Positions 11,728 to 25,800 of a DNA stretch of 64,000 nucleotides are shown one piece after another. The stretch is taken from NCBI GenBank assembly GCA_900088475.1, contig FLMG01000135.1, positions 124,001-188,000 on the forward strand. Reading direction: 5' to 3'. The position numbers and the translations under genes were made by a program. This stretch comes from Hyphochytrium catenoides (lineage: Eukaryota; Protista; Hyphochytriomycota). The number at the start of each line of letters is the position of its first letter. Position 1 is the stretch's first letter. A model generated the notes under the pieces. That model did not search any database. It saw nothing but the letters and a program-made list of their open reading frames with translations, and had not been told where the DNA came from.

Positions 11728-14429
11728 TCAGGCCTTCTGTTTCCTCCCTTTCTTGGAAGAAGAAGAGGAGGACTGTGTAGTCTCCTGTGAGGCACTGATT
11801 AAGTTTTCCAGCTTTCTTTTCTTCTCTGCTTCCTCCAATGCCTCAATGAAGTCGTCCAGCGCCTCGCCGCCCATCATTGCATCTATCCCGGTCAAGGTCA
11901 AACCAACCCTGTGGTCAGTAATTCGATCTTGCGGGAAATTAAACGTCCTTATACGCTCAGAGCGATCGCCTGATGACCAAGTAAGGAGATTTAAGAGCAA
12001 GGCGACCGAGCACTAGTTAGAAAGGACTGGTGACCGAAAAAATAGAAATAGATGCTGAGAATATGGACGGGAAATGGTGATGGACTCGAGTCTCTTTCCA
12101 TTCAAGAGGTTTTGACTGATGAGGGATGTCATCGACAGGACCGACAAGGATCAGATAGGGCACACGGTGGCTAAGACTGAAAATTGAAGAGCCATACGAA
12201 CCAGTTCCAATCTGGGCATTTCTCATCTGTTGTTGCTCCTCCATTTGCTTCCTTCTCTGCTGGTCAAATATTCTTGCCTTCAAGAGCCCCAAAGCCTTGG
12301 CCTTGTTCTGATGCTGAGATCGTTCGTCCTGGATGGCAACCACAGTACCTACAAGTGGGAAGCAGAGAATCCAGTCTTAGGAAGCAGCTACAAACCTTGA
12401 TGCTCTTCGGTCTATTGAACTGCTGTTCTCCTAAATCCTTTTGTGCTGGCCCTACTCAATCTTTCAGGTCGCTTTCCTTATGTCCGATGCCCAAAGCATG
12501 TAATCGTTTACCCTTTCTTCATGGCCCTCTTGGACCTACGTTCCATAGCCTTTCCCTCTTTTCCATTTTGGGGTAACCAAGTTTACATCTTCCTTGGTTG
12601 TCAGGGCTCTATTCTTCTGTACCTGTAGGGATGTGGGTTATCCTAACGGCACNNNNNNNNNNNNNNNNNNNNNNNNNNNNNNNNNNNNNNNNNNNNNNNN
12701 NNNNNNNNNNNNNNNNNNNNNNNNNNNNNNNNNNNNNNNNNNNNNNNNNNNNNNNNNNNNNTAGGAACCCGTTGGACACGGTGCACCCCACTCTCATACT
12801 TCAGATGGCCATAAACCCCATCACCCTAAGTTTCGAGAGTCAGGATATGCGAGAGACACGGTGATGAGAGGAGAGCATCTAGAATAGATTCGGCAGTGAG
12901 ATCGGACGAAAATGACCTGGTAGGAAAGATATCACAATTCAAATTGGGCGACAACGTGAAAATTGGAACGCGTCTGGAATGTCTCTGCACGAGGATCTCA
13001 GCCAGAACATAAACAGTATTCCATGAGCAAAGGCAAAGCAATAGTGGGAGCCCATCGCCCGCAAAAGCACATATCCTCAGTCTCAGTCCACGTAATTCTC
13101 TCCTTTCGCTGGCTCACCTTGATCGCAGCGCTGGCCTCCTTACAGCCACCTAAGGTACCTTTACTGAATGTGATCAACTCCCAACGCCAACCCTGTTGTC
13201 TGCAGTACTTCTCATACATTTGGAAGATCTCAAACGTGAATAATGCCGCCTCATCTCCTCCAGTTCCTGCCCGGACCTCCAGGATGGCGTTACTATCATC
13301 TATGAATCAGAGGAAACATAGGAAAGGGCAAAAGGAGCGGAGGGTGAGCTATAATCCTGACCCCATCGTCCAAGGTGAATGGTACTAGCAAGGAAGTCAT
13401 CAGCAATTGGTCCCCTCTCTCAACACACTCTGACTTATGCCAAAGCTCTCCTGTTTCCACCTCTTTTTGACCGCCATGAGAGTGTGAGATTTACCTATCT
13501 CGTCCCTAGGAATAAGAAGAGTTGTGATTTCGTCTTCAAGCTCTTGCAATCTTTCTCTTAGCTCTTCTCTTTCACTGATGGCCAGCTCTCGAAACTCTTC
13601 TGCGTCGTTGCTGCCAGAGCCGTCGGCCTCTGTGATAATCTTTTAAGGACAGTGAGTTAGCCAAGTGCAACCCCCAGGGAGCGTCTTGCCTTCCACGGCT
13701 ACCATGCTATCTCGCATTTCCGATGACCACCCCTGTATCCGCTTCCCTGTCGACTTCCCTACTTTCCTTCCCGGATACATACTCTTTTACCTGCCTTCTA
13801 TGCCTCAAATTTGCCCATGGCGTTCTTCCTTCTGTCTTTCGATCAGAGCAGACCTTTCGCCACTCCCCTGTGCGCGCTCTTTTCCCGTTGGAAGCATTAC
13901 TTACCTCCTCAAGGTTTTTTATCTCTTCTTCTATGGCTTGAATGCTCTTCAGCTTGTGGACGAGAGGCTCCAGCTGGTTGATCTCCTTCCCATATACAGC
14001 TAGCTTCTGAGGGTCCAGCTGGCCCCTAGATGTGGAAACGTCGTGGCGAAAAGCGAGTCTGATAAGCAAGGGAAGGCGGGGTATGAAAGCGGTAAGGGAG
14101 CAGGGAAGAAGGCTGACAAGACATTCGAGGCTAAAAGATAGAGCGAGAGTCCATTCCGGCAGCAGTAATCCTAAGAGCTCTCACCCTGCTAGTTCCTTAT
14201 TCAGAGTCATGAAGCGGTCCATCTTTTCCTGCAAGCTGTTCCTTATGGCATCATTGAACAGACCCCGTCGACCAAGTAGGATAGGAGGCAAGGGAGAGCG
14301 ACGACAAGGAGCAATTGAGAAGCAGAGTGAGGGTCCACCCGGCACCCGGAACAGCGTAGACTGGCAGCTTGTCAATGCGGCCCTTGGCCTTAGGCGAAGA
14401 GCCCTCGTCACAGACTGCCCCCAAACCAT
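11728..14429 (-). CDS. MRF1: Mitochondrial (bacterial-type) peptide chain release factor 1; GGQ region hidden by an assembly gap
   Basis: [52 protein letters not shown] and [21 protein letters not shown]. The N-terminus is Arg/Leu/Ser-rich like a presequence. Confidence 0.93.
12653..12761. other. Assembly gap (N run); other gaps at 15451-15478, 44820-44861, 60158-60216 and 62485-62496
   Basis: Runs of n seen directly in the sequence. Confidence 0.99.
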
Positions 14430-15258
14430 GACTAGCTGCTACCACCTGCTGTAGTGATGCGCTAGGATGGGTGAAGCACTAGGAAGGAGGGCAATAGGAT
14501 GAGTGCGGCTCCCTCACTCTATAAAATAAGAGACCCTACGCTGGGCTCTTCAAACTATCATCTAGAGGACTGAGCACTGAGCAGCATCACCCGATAGAGT
14601 TATAACCCAGTCCCTAGTTCCACGCCGTTTCTGATGATGAGATGATTGGCTCCCTCTCTGACTTCCTCTGTCTCTTCTCCCCTCTCTGTCTCCCCTCTCT
14701 GTCTGTAAACCTTGGCTTTGAACCTTGCGTAATGTGTCTCTCTTTCTTATGATGTTTGGTCCAGGGGGATGCCTCCAGCCCAAGATACACTTTGGACTCA
14801 AATGGTGAGTGTCCTAACGTCATAGGGGGTGGTGAGGGTTACTGCACAGGCTCTTACTAGGAGGGTGCCGCCCTCCCCTCCATGGTTAGGAGTATCTCCC
14901 ACCCTGTTCATGCAAGGCAAGACAACCTCCTTTGGCTATCTCGTATTGTTGGTAGTTCCTATCTCTAGCGGCCTGTTGCTTCCCGTACCTCTCTCTGTTA
15001 CCTGCATCTCTGTCTCATGAGTTCTTCACCTCTGTCTGGATGTCCTCTATCTGCTGAAGATGCAGATTTCTCAAAAGCCACAGATGACGAAGAACTGTTG
15101 CTCCTCCGCAGCCCAGCGTGAGAAGCATTGAGCCTGTGGAACTTCCTCACTCCTTAAACCTTTCCCCAACTTAGAGGCTGCGTTGGTTGACCTTATAAAG
15201 CGTCGAGTGTTGCTCTCATACAAGTTGAGCCTTGTAGTGGCTCTGGCACCTCGGCAGG

Positions 15259-18200
15259 ATGCAAGCGTTAAAGTTCAGCAGCCGAATAAGCTCGGAGGTA
15301 CAGGCCGTAACAAGTGCCGACCGCCATCCGCCTTCAGAATATGCATTGCGAGAGGTCGCAAGTAAGCTCAACGACATCTTCGCCGCCGTTTATAGCCTCC
15401 TATTCGTTTCACCTGCCTCTGTAATTTCGAATTTTTTCTCTCTCTCTTCCNNNNNNNNNNNNNNNNNNNNNNNNNNNNAAAGTGTTCCAAGACCTTGCCG
15501 TTCAGCTGAAGAGCTCTGATGTCTTAGTGCGCTTGAAGGTCGTGGACTGTCTAAAGGTATCGGAGAGAAGCATTGAGACGGAGAGGGAAGAGGAGAGACA
15601 GCTTACCCACTCTCTTCGACCTTGACACTGAACTGCCCAATGAGTTGACTCTTGGCCGAACCTTATTGTCCCCTGTCGGTGATATCTGTAAATACGATTT
15701 GCGCACTGACATACTTGTGGCTTTCTCCCTTGTTTACATAGTTCTTGATGCGCTGTGGCAACTCCAACACAGTCAATATACTTAAGCTAACTTATTTGCC
15801 CGAGCTACAAAGAGCAGGAGGTAAGCGATGAGATAATACACTAGTGGTCTGATTTGTGCTTACCTTTCAGGCTTATCTTATTCAAGTGCTCCAAGTTACC
15901 TACCCTGCGCTATTGGCAACTTCTTGGTCCTCGTGCTGCCTTGTCAGTCTTTTTGCTCGGTTTCTAGCTATTGCAGTCAGTCAAGGATGTGTTCCGCATT
16001 TCGCGTATACGCTCTGTCTGTCGCGATATATGCAGCTGACCAGTTCTCTATGTCATAGTGTTCAAGAGCTCAACTAAGAACCCAGATTTGACACCAAGAC
16101 TACATGCTTCCTTAGACGTAGGGGCTTTTTGAGTTCTGTTGTCCCCTCCCCTGAGTTCTTCACCTGTCCTCTCTTCTCACTTCAACTATTGCTGAAGGCA
16201 TATTTGAGTACACTGATTATGTCGAATTCGCACCCTATCACATTCTTTGCTTGTGATGCTAACACCAACCTCATTCTCCCTATAGGAACTCCTTAGAATG
16301 ATCCACGTTGCTTCAACTACCGGAGGATACGTCGCCCCTGGCCAGGCAGAGAGTGATGCAGCAGCTAGCATCGACCCGCAAATGCAATACCCACGGCAAC
16401 CTTCGGGTCAGCAAGGTGAGCTTGACCTTTATGATAGTTGAATCAATTCCTGACCTATCGTTATCGCCGACTTGCCTTCGCATGTGCTCTTTCTCAGCAT
16501 GGTCAAGGGAAGGCCCAAGCCCTTATGGAAATGCACCACAACCTGCATGGGGAGGCACCCAGCAGCCACCTCAACAACCCTCGAATCTCTCTTCACCCTC
16601 ATTCAACGCTGGCCATCCTCCAGCCACGTTCAGCCAAGATCAAGGGAGAAGAAATAGTCGGGGAAGCGGGTCGGCTGCTGGAGGGCAGTTTCAGGGCCGA
16701 TGGGGCTCTGCAGGCTTCCAGGCGGGAGCTGCTGCTCCACCTCCTCTACCGGGTCCCCGCTATACTTCAAGGCATGTTTCTATATATATATCAGCTTGGT
16801 TAAAACGTTTCCTCGTAGTTATCCCACTTGCCGTAGCTTTTGACTATGGAATGTGGCAATTGCGTGAAGCTACTAGAACAAATGTAGTTTAGCATGGTGT
16901 GTCCTGAGAGTGACTCTTTTCAATGTACCTTTTCCTCAGTGCCCCTCCTGTCTTGAGTCTCATACTGCTCTTTCCCATCTTATTTATTGACTTGTCCTTC
17001 AGCTTCCTGCTTCCTCAATCCTTCCTAACCCCATCTCTGGTATACAAATCCCCTCATAAAAGCAGAAACGATCTACCGACGGTGCCCGTAGTTCCACCTT
17101 CCAATAGCTGGAAGGAGAAAGTTGGTGACCTCGGTTATTCTCTAGGCGCCGGGTCCCGGCGCTCGTCGACGACCGTAGTAGCAGGGGCAGCAGATAAGAA
17201 TGATGCCACTACTTTGGAGAGGGCTAGCAAGGCTCTGAACCAAAAGATGTGAGACAACATCTACCAACTCTTTTTGAGCATGATGAGCAGCTATGTATTT
17301 CTGTCTTTAGGTGCTGTTTCCTTCGCATTGCCCGGCTTTCAATGTTATCTTTAGGAAGCGTCACTCACATGAGAATCTCTCTGACCGCGGTTGCTTTGGT
17401 GCGTTTACTGTAGTGAGAGCTGGGACACTCGCAACTTTTCCGCTGACACACGGCTAGCTCTTACAGAGAACGACGTCCAGGGGGTTATTGATGGCCCTAT
17501 GATTGGAATAGGGAGAGGTCCAGAAGGTGGTGCTGGAAGGGGAGACGATACCGGGTAGGTGCAGTCATATGTGATGGTTGCAAGGCGAAGGGCTGGGCAT
17601 CAGCCATTCTTTCTGATCGCTTTGCCTGCGAGCTTCAGTCTTCACCTCCATGTCTTGGGAGTACTCTTGCACTGATTGTCTCCTCATTCTATGCGAAACT
17701 CGTAGCTGGGTTAAGGCGTTTCTACATAAAGCTACCTCGATCCCTTGGGTGGGATTATTGCTGTGGCTCTCTTACTGGTATATTACGATTGCAGGGAGTA
17801 CGAGCAACACTTAGTGGATGAGCTTTGCTCACCAGTGGGTCTTTTGAAAGGCTCAATACCACAAGACGCTCTTGGCCGCTTTATTCAATTAGCCAAAACT
17901 CTCGACTCTGATCTAATATCATCAATCCTTGAGGAGAAGCTTCAAGAAACCTCTTGGCAGGTTGAGCTCCTTCGTAGCAATGAAGCGTGAATAGTACAAA
18001 CGCTAAATGAGTGAGGGCATAGCAGACTAACCGGCCGACAAATGTTTGGAGAGATGGGACTTGAATGGTGATAGAGATGGCTGATAACCTTATCCTTGCC
18101 ATTTCCCGTTGCCTTTTCCTGTAGGTCCGACTAAAGGCGCTTACAGTTATCGGTTCTCTTATTTCGTCGCCTGGTCTCGGGGCCTATGCCGAATGGTGGG

Positions 18201-19486
18201 CAGATAATCCTGAGACAGTCAAGGAGGTGAGATCTCGAGGGCTATGTGTCCACGTAGGCATAAAGTACTGACTATCTTTCTTTGTATGCGCCATTGGGGT
18301 GCACGCGCACTTTGATGGACTTTTGCTGCTTGCCTCCTATGACAGATGGTTTCAGACAAGAAGGCTCAAATTCGGTCTAAGGCTAAGGAGGTGAATTTCT
18401 ATCGATCCTGCTACTAGTGATCCTCTGCTAGAGAACTAGGAACTCATGCGGAAGATCTAACTTTCGCCCTTGTATGGTCGATCTGGGATAGATTCTCCAC
18501 CAACTGGGAGTTGAGATTCCTGCATCCAACAATCAGCCGGAGGCTGAGGCGAAAAGACCATCTGCATACTCAAAATGCCCTCCAGCCCCCTCCTTTACCA
18601 CTGATCTTCTCGGAGATTGGTCGGCCGTATCAGAAGCAGTGTGTGAAGCTTCTGCCACAACTCCTCCTGCTTCGTCGCCGTTGGACGACTTCCTTACACC
18701 CAGGTATTTGCGCAATCTTGGTCGTCTGTATTATGTAATCAGTCTCCGCTAAGAGCCACTACTTACCGTTGGCCCCTTATATCATCTATGGCCCCTACTT
18801 GCGGGTGGGTGCAGTCCGGTCCTGATGCATACTGGAGTAACAGCAGGAGGGGCACCGTTAGCGCAGAATCCAACCGCTGGACGAGGGGTTAGTTAGGGTT
18901 TGTCGGTTCTACCATTATGGCGTTGCTGTTAGACCCTTTATTCACTCCTTAACCTTATCTAATCCGCGGCTGGAAAGCTCTGGCTTTCTGCTGTGTCGTT
19001 CCATGCTCTTTATCACGCCTAGTGATTGTTGGTTGGCTCCTCCTGACACCTAGTGATTGTTAGAAATTTCTAATTGGCACCTCTAACCTGGCAATCCTAC
19101 AGGACCCTTTTGCCTCCTTCAGCAACGACCGGAACTCCAGCCAAAGATCGCAAGCAGGTCCTATGGCAGACGTTCAGCAACCCTATTCCCAACCATTTAT
19201 GCAACGATTAGACCAACAGACCCCAATGCAGATGCAGCAACAACATTTCCAGGCTGCCCAGCCTGTCGCACATTATGGAGCAGCAGCTATGATGCCTTCC
19301 AGTGGAGGGCCAACTCCTACGATGCCTCCACCTCACCCTCATACAGCAATGGGCCAGAGAGGGAGCCTGCCTTTATCACAGCATCAGAGTCTCGAGGAGA
19401 GAGAAAGAAGCCTGAGCGACGTCGGAAAGAATCTCTTCGCTCAAGCAACAGCTGGAGACAGCGCCTCTGGCTTTAGTTTTATATAA
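15259..19486 (+). CDS. TEPSIN: Tepsin/MTV1-like AP-4 accessory protein (ENTH + VHS-like domain + C-terminal AP-4 ear-binding motif)
   Basis: ENTH-like start AVTSADRHPPSEYALREVA ... LKSSDVLVRLK. Central helical domain EYEQHLVDELCSPVG...LEEKLQETSWQVRLKALTVI. C-terminal SGFSFI* resembles the tepsin S[AV]F[SA]FL motif. Linkers are P/Q-rich. Confidence 0.78.
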
Positions 19487-19822
19487 TCCTTAAAATATAT
19501 AGGAGAGTCGATGGGCTTGCGTACTAAGAAGCTGACCTCCTGAGGGGCATGCTCTGCTTACACACTACGTCTAAGCTCTAGCTCAGCTCACCTCCTCCAA
19601 CAAAACTGGTTAGTAGCTTCCATTGTGTGCCTGAACTTCTTAGGTCTGACGGACAGGCCTTATCAGACGAATCCTCTGGATGGCGTATTGCCTAGCAGTT
19701 CTTCTGATGAATTAGTTCTGCCTAAACTTCAGCGTCATAATAGGTGATACACCTAGAGTGGATACTTTATAGTCAGTCTAGGACTACGACCTCTTTGAGC
19801 CGCTGAAAGGCTGGCCAGGGCC

Positions 19823-22800
19823 CTAGATTGTCCTCTGCTTGCTCTTCTTGGACTTTTCTTTGCCACTGTCCAATGCCTTCCTTTTCTTTACAAATAGGTC
19901 AATGTCCCATTTCCTATAATGCGGGACGTAGGGGCCATTGAAGACCAGGAGGACTGACACGTCCCTGTGATACCGCAGATTGGGAAGGAGCTTCGGAGTG
20001 ATCAGGAAGTACTGAGGTAGTGCTACACCCCTCCCGCAAGACAGAGAGACAATCCGCTTGAAGATCAGTCTCTCATTGATGGCGTCCATTCCTTGGTTGA
20101 TCTCATCAACAACCCTATGGGTTCCAAGAGGTCGAAGATAGTATGCAACAGGAAAGGGAGTGGCAAAGACGCACAGCCTTAGTGGTGCCATGCTTCTGAA
20201 TACGGGCAAAGCGCATTGCAAAGAAGTCCAAAGAACAGTCAATAACAGGAATAGAAGTGGCTGCTAGAGCTATGGAGACGTAGGTCAGGAGCCTGCAGAC
20301 TGCTAAACCCTTGATAGACTGTCTTAAACCAAAAAGAATAAGGGCAGGCAGAGCAGGTAGGCAGTCGAATATCTTTTTCGCAATACCTAAAGGGACATGG
20401 CGTTAAGTCCTGCAGAGCCATGAGGTAAAGTATGGTTGAGACTGCTCTTTCTCCGCCGGACTACAGGCAGCAAGACGAAAGGTGAGGACAAACTGTAGAA
20501 TGTTTACGAAGCAAATCTAGGGAAGGTTCGTATTGTCAAACATTGGCCGTTCGTCTCTGCGCCCGCTTAGTGGTCTCTCTTTATCTTGCCCGTCACTTTA
20601 AGTGCTCGACTCTTTTCTGTCACTTTCTCATGACCAGGACCTCCAGACTCATGCAGTAGCACCAATGTTACCGCCCGTATCGTCAGCGAATGACCTTACG
20701 CTCTTTCTTTGTCTTTAGGCCCTCTCTCCCTACTTCTATCCTTTCCTTTCCTCCTACCTGGACGGCGCCATCCAAGGTCTGCTTGGTGCCATTCGCTCTA
20801 AACTGCACAATGATCTTGGCGCTCCATTGACTATAATCGGAGTGCGGTGCGAGTTCCACACCGCCGCAGTGGCCTACCTCCTTGAAGTACAGAGAAAAAG
20901 AACGATTTATCTTGTCGAAAATGTTGGTCAGTTTCTCCTTCCACGGCCCCTCAATGCCTCGAATTTCCTCCAGGAGGCAGTCGTGATCCTGCTGGATAGT
21001 CTCGAGCTCCACTTCCGACTACCGAGGTGAGGAAATGTCAGTGAAGTTGGAATATTTGTATGAGAAAACTGTGCGAGCTAAAGAAACGAGGGGGAAAGAG
21101 TGGCGTCGAAAACAAAAACCCCAGAAGAGTGGATGAGAGGACACAGAGGAGAGGGAAAGATAGAGAGAAAGAGAGATAGTGGCGGAAGGCCATGCAGAAG
21201 ACGAGTAAGAAATAGTTTTGGCTTCGTTCTGACCTCCTTAATTTGCTCTTGTCTTGCATTAAATTCTTTGATAAGCTGATGGTTGACCACGATACTTTCA
21301 GCCTCCACCATCACCTCCCTCAGCCGTGCCAGGAGTGTAGGCCGATCGTCTGGGTACTTCTCTGCCTCGACTGCGAACTCCTCCGTGTCAGGAACTTCTT
21401 TCTCAACTCGTTCATTGGTATCTTTCAGCTGTAGACGCGCGGGCAATAAAGTTAGTGCTGTGCTACGTGTCCGTTCTGCCCTGACTTCCTGGCTGCCTTT
21501 GGGAGGACTAGTATGCCTCCTTCACCACCTATTGTGCCTAGCTAGAGCAGTTTCTGCAGTCATGGGTGGATTGTAACCTCGGAACACACCTCTTTGAGTT
21601 TGTTTCTGAAAATACCCTTGACCTCCTCGAGCTCCTGTTTTAAGTCCTCGAGAAGGTTGTTGAGGTCCTCTCTTTCATTGCGAACCTTATGGAGGATGAG
21701 TGAGTGCCATACGTACCCGAGGAGGGCAGTCCCCATTTAATGGCATGGCTGCGTACCTTGAGAACCAGAGCCTTTGCTCGAGCTTCACTCATCTTCGCGG
21801 CCACAGCCTTAATATGCGCTTCAAGATACTTCGCATTCAGCTCAGCTAGATCTGATATTAGACGAGCACGAGCTTTCACGCACTTTACGATGTCTTGAGC
21901 GAGAGACGCCTAGGTTATCCAATAGCCCAAAGAGGACAGAGGTGAGCTTCGGTTACCAATTCTCTAGGGCCATGAGCTGTACCTTCCTCTGCTACACTCC
22001 TCCTTACTAGATCTACCTTTACAGCTCCTGGTACCCATGAATCTCTTGCTATGCTGCATGGAGTCTCATCGATATGCTCTAGTGCCCTTCTATGTGCTTA
22101 GCTCTCTATTCTTCTCGCCGTCTGTGTACCTTGGTTTTTGAGGTATCTATCTTTAGCATATCCTCAAGTTGCTGAATCTTCTTTGTCTTCGATTTGATCT
22201 GGTTGATGAGTGATACCCGTTCGCGCATGTCTCCGCGTCTTTTGTCCACTTCCTTGTGCAGGGCACGAGCCTTCTGATTCACGCCTTCCAGCTCGCTTGA
22301 GATCCCTTTCAGGGCCTATAAGGTTCGGCACGGCAAAAGTCCAGGCAGTGAGCAAGAGGGTCGGCACAAGGGACACCACGGCACACAGGTCTGTGAGGCA
22401 CATGCCGGAAGGCTAAGGTGCAAAAGAGAGAAAAATGACTGTACATTCAGTGGAACAAGGCGGAGTACCACGATACCAAGCAGAGGAAGTAGCTGTAGAT
22501 ATCTGGTTACCTCACTAATCTCCTGGTGTTGCCGCTCCAGCTCTTGTTGTTGGCGTTCCATCTCCATCCTTCGCTCATTTTGAAGGTCATCAGCTCCAAC
22601 TGACAAATATTTGAGTTGACTACGTAAGTCGCTGGTGCGGATGGAAACGTTACGCGCCCCATACTTGGATGTAGTTGCAGTATACTACGAGTAGAGAAAA
22701 TGGAAGTCGCAAAAAATAGCTGTCAGAGCACATCAACTTTCGATCTTGATCTTCCCAATCAATGTACTACCATAAGGCCCCATTCCTGACGCTCTCATGC

Positions 22801-25800
22801 CCAAAAACACCGTTTCCCACGATTTGATGTCTACCTTTGAAACCTACCTGAGACTTCGGTGTGAAGATAGAGAACGAGTTTCTATTTGGGTGGTCTTTTT
22901 CAATCAGTAAGTCTATCACACTGTTCATTCCGCTCTGGAGATTGGCAGGAGCAAAAAAGTTTTAGTCCAAGTTTGCGTAGGGAGACACTAGATAAAGGGA
23001 AGGCGACGATATTTGTACTAGGGTATTCAAAAGTACTTAGGGTGGATAGGGTGCAACCTGCGTAGAAAGAGCTTGCTCAGTCTTCTCAGTGCCTACGAGG
23101 ACGTGATGGATCCGGGACTGGTCTTTCAAACATTGGAGGACTGAGGGAGGAGCCTCAATAAGGTCAATAAGATACCCTGCACAAGAGATGATAACAATCT
23201 TTGAGTACTATACTATTCGGCTCGTTTCCGGCTCTTAGACTTTATCGCTGCCCGCATATTATCAGACCTAAAGCGGAGGGACCTTTCTTATCTGTTCTTT
23301 CCCCTCACCTCGAATGCCAAACTCATTCTTCAGCCTCTGCATGACGGCATCATCGTATAAAGGCTGATCTCTTCTTAGGATGCCCTATACGTCAAGAAGA
23401 TCGAAGCCTTAGTTCCAAAAGCTGTTAGCACGGCTTCGAGCGACAGAATCACACTCGCAGGATAGAAAAAGAGAATGACAACCTTGAGATTTTAAGGAGA
23501 GGACTTGTTCACAGTTCTTCACATACCCCTTCGATCTGGGAAAGCGTGAACCTATACTTCGGTTGAGCCTTTTCTCTCAACTCCTCGTACATGACGTTAT
23601 TGTCTTCTCTACATTCAGCTATGAAAGCCGTCAAAATGGAATTTGGCACCTGCTGCTCGAGGCACAGTGCTACCATTGCATCGCGGACATTAACCTGAAC
23701 GGAACCAGAGATACACAATGGTGAGGAAAGATGAGGAAGAGGCCCCTTAATGCACGCAGAACATCAAAAAGGTAAGTGGCTTTGGGATAAGTTTTAACCC
23801 TCGACGCAGCCATGGCTAACTCCAGGACACAAGCGTCAGGGAGAGGCGGACCGCCATTTAAGAGCAGAATTACTATGACGTGGCAATGCTGGCAGAAAGT
23901 GTCGCGACCCACATGAGAGATAAGAGGGCCCCACACACGGCGCTTGAACCGAGCACGGTTTTGCTCAAGCCACTGGTACACTCGAAATGCTTCGTGATCT
24001 CCTTTCCTTATCCTTTCAAGTTTTTGACGCTGAACGTTCTGCAATTGACCCATGCGGGTCTTGAGCTCCCGAAGCTGGTGGTTGATAGGATCGAGCTACT
24101 CATAGAGGTAGACACCGGATGACCAGACAGAAAGAGCGAAGTTCATTAGGGAGTGCGAAACGTATATATTCTGGTTGACACGGGACACTTACCTCTGCTG
24201 CTTTCTGTCCTCTGAGAACCTTCAGCTCTGTTTCCTGGATTTTGTAAGCCAAAATGATGCTTAGTCTCAGAGAAGTATATCCCGGTTCCAACCTGTTCCC
24301 GTGAGAGCCAAAAGCTTCAGTTACCTGATCGCGAACCTCAGCCGACTTCTTCTTAGCCTCTTCGTAGGCTGCCTCAAGCACGGACATGTCTCCGGCAGCC
24401 TCTAACTGTTCTTGAAGCTGGGAGTCGATCGGTGAGATGTTTAAGATAGCATGGCGTATTGAAGGCGAATGAAGAGCAAGGAGCACAAGTGTATGCCTTT
24501 CGGTGGAAAGATACCTACATCTGCGAGAGCATCCTTCTCCGTCTCCAGGTTCTTTTCATTCTCCTTCCGAAGCCTTTCATTCTGTTCCAACTCTCCCCTT
24601 AGGTTTGCTTCTTCATCCTCCTTAGCTTCAACCTATACCAGGAGTACAAGACGGTTAGATAAATATCAAAGCTCGCACATCTATGGAAGTAGAGAAATTA
24701 CCTTATCTCTTGTAGCTGTTACGTCCCTTTCTAGTGTCTGGCATTTTGATTTCTCCTTGTTCGCTCTAAGCTTTAGGTCAGTACCAATTTGTCGAACTAA
24801 CTGTAGGAGATGCGGAAGACAGCTTCCAAGGGCAATGTATACAGGAGGGCTCCCAATAGAGATAATATAGAGAAGAACAAGAGCTCAAATAAGACAAAGG
24901 AGTTACGCACCTGGCGCTGTAAGTCTTCGCATACTGCTCCAACTGACTCATGCGGTCCACATAGGGAGCCAACCGCTGCTCAGCGTCCTATACGTTGAAG
25001 AAAGGATACCGTCAAAGACTCGGTAAGGGGAGGGCCTCTCCATGAGACACGGGAAGAGGGGTGCAGCAAGAGGCCAGATACTCACTTTGATCCTGTCATT
25101 TACGTCTTGCTTCTTCTGTTTCAATTCCTGGGCCTCCTTCCTTAGTTCGTCGACCCGTAGCAACAGCTCCTTTTGCTGCATCACCTCAATCTATATTGAA
25201 GAAGTAGTTAGCTCGCCATGGCACTAACGCTCGTGCGTAACAGCAAACGGCAGATAGCAAGGGATAGAAAAGGAAAATGACTGAAGCATATAGTAGAAAG
25301 ACTAGTTGATGGTTGGAAACGAGAATGCACCGCAGGCTTCAGGAAGCCAGGAGGAAAAGGTATTATTCCAAAGGACGGGTTGCCCATCGATTCACCTGGC
25401 GCTTTAACTCATCCTTTTTCTGCATGCGCTCTACATCGCGTGCAACTCTATCGTTTGCTCTTGTCAATGATTCCAGGGCTCCCCGGGAGCTGTCCACCTC
25501 CTATTTTACAGCGAGTGTTAATCACAGGTAAGATGAGAACGCATCACTCTGCCATGGACGACGACGATCCAACCAGACCACAAGGGAGCACATTGTCTTG
25601 ACTTGCCTTCTTGAGCCTCCTCTCTTTAACTTGAAGTTCAATGAGTTTCTGATGGCTGGCATACAAATCCTGAGCTTGTAGGGCCTTCTGCGTCTCCACC
25701 AACAGACTCGAAGGAGTAAGCCGGGAGAAGTCTCCTACTCTGTCTTGGGGCAGGAACTGGCACAAGTTCTCAATCTGGATGTTATACTTGGCCACCAGCT

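Noticed and set aside
12653-12761. Release factor apparently lacking the GGQ motif
   Set aside because: The GGQ-coding region falls in an assembly gap.
19018-19061. 13-bp direct repeat CCTAGTGATTGTT in a tepsin intron
   Set aside because: Only two copies with a short spacer. This is a local micro-duplication, not a CRISPR array or recognisable element.
25001-25009. Perfect U12 donor-like GTATCCTTT on the minus strand in SMC5
   Set aside because: It lies in the pyrimidine tract of an ordinary GT-AG intron whose removal already gives the correct frame, and no matching U12 branch/acceptor is needed.
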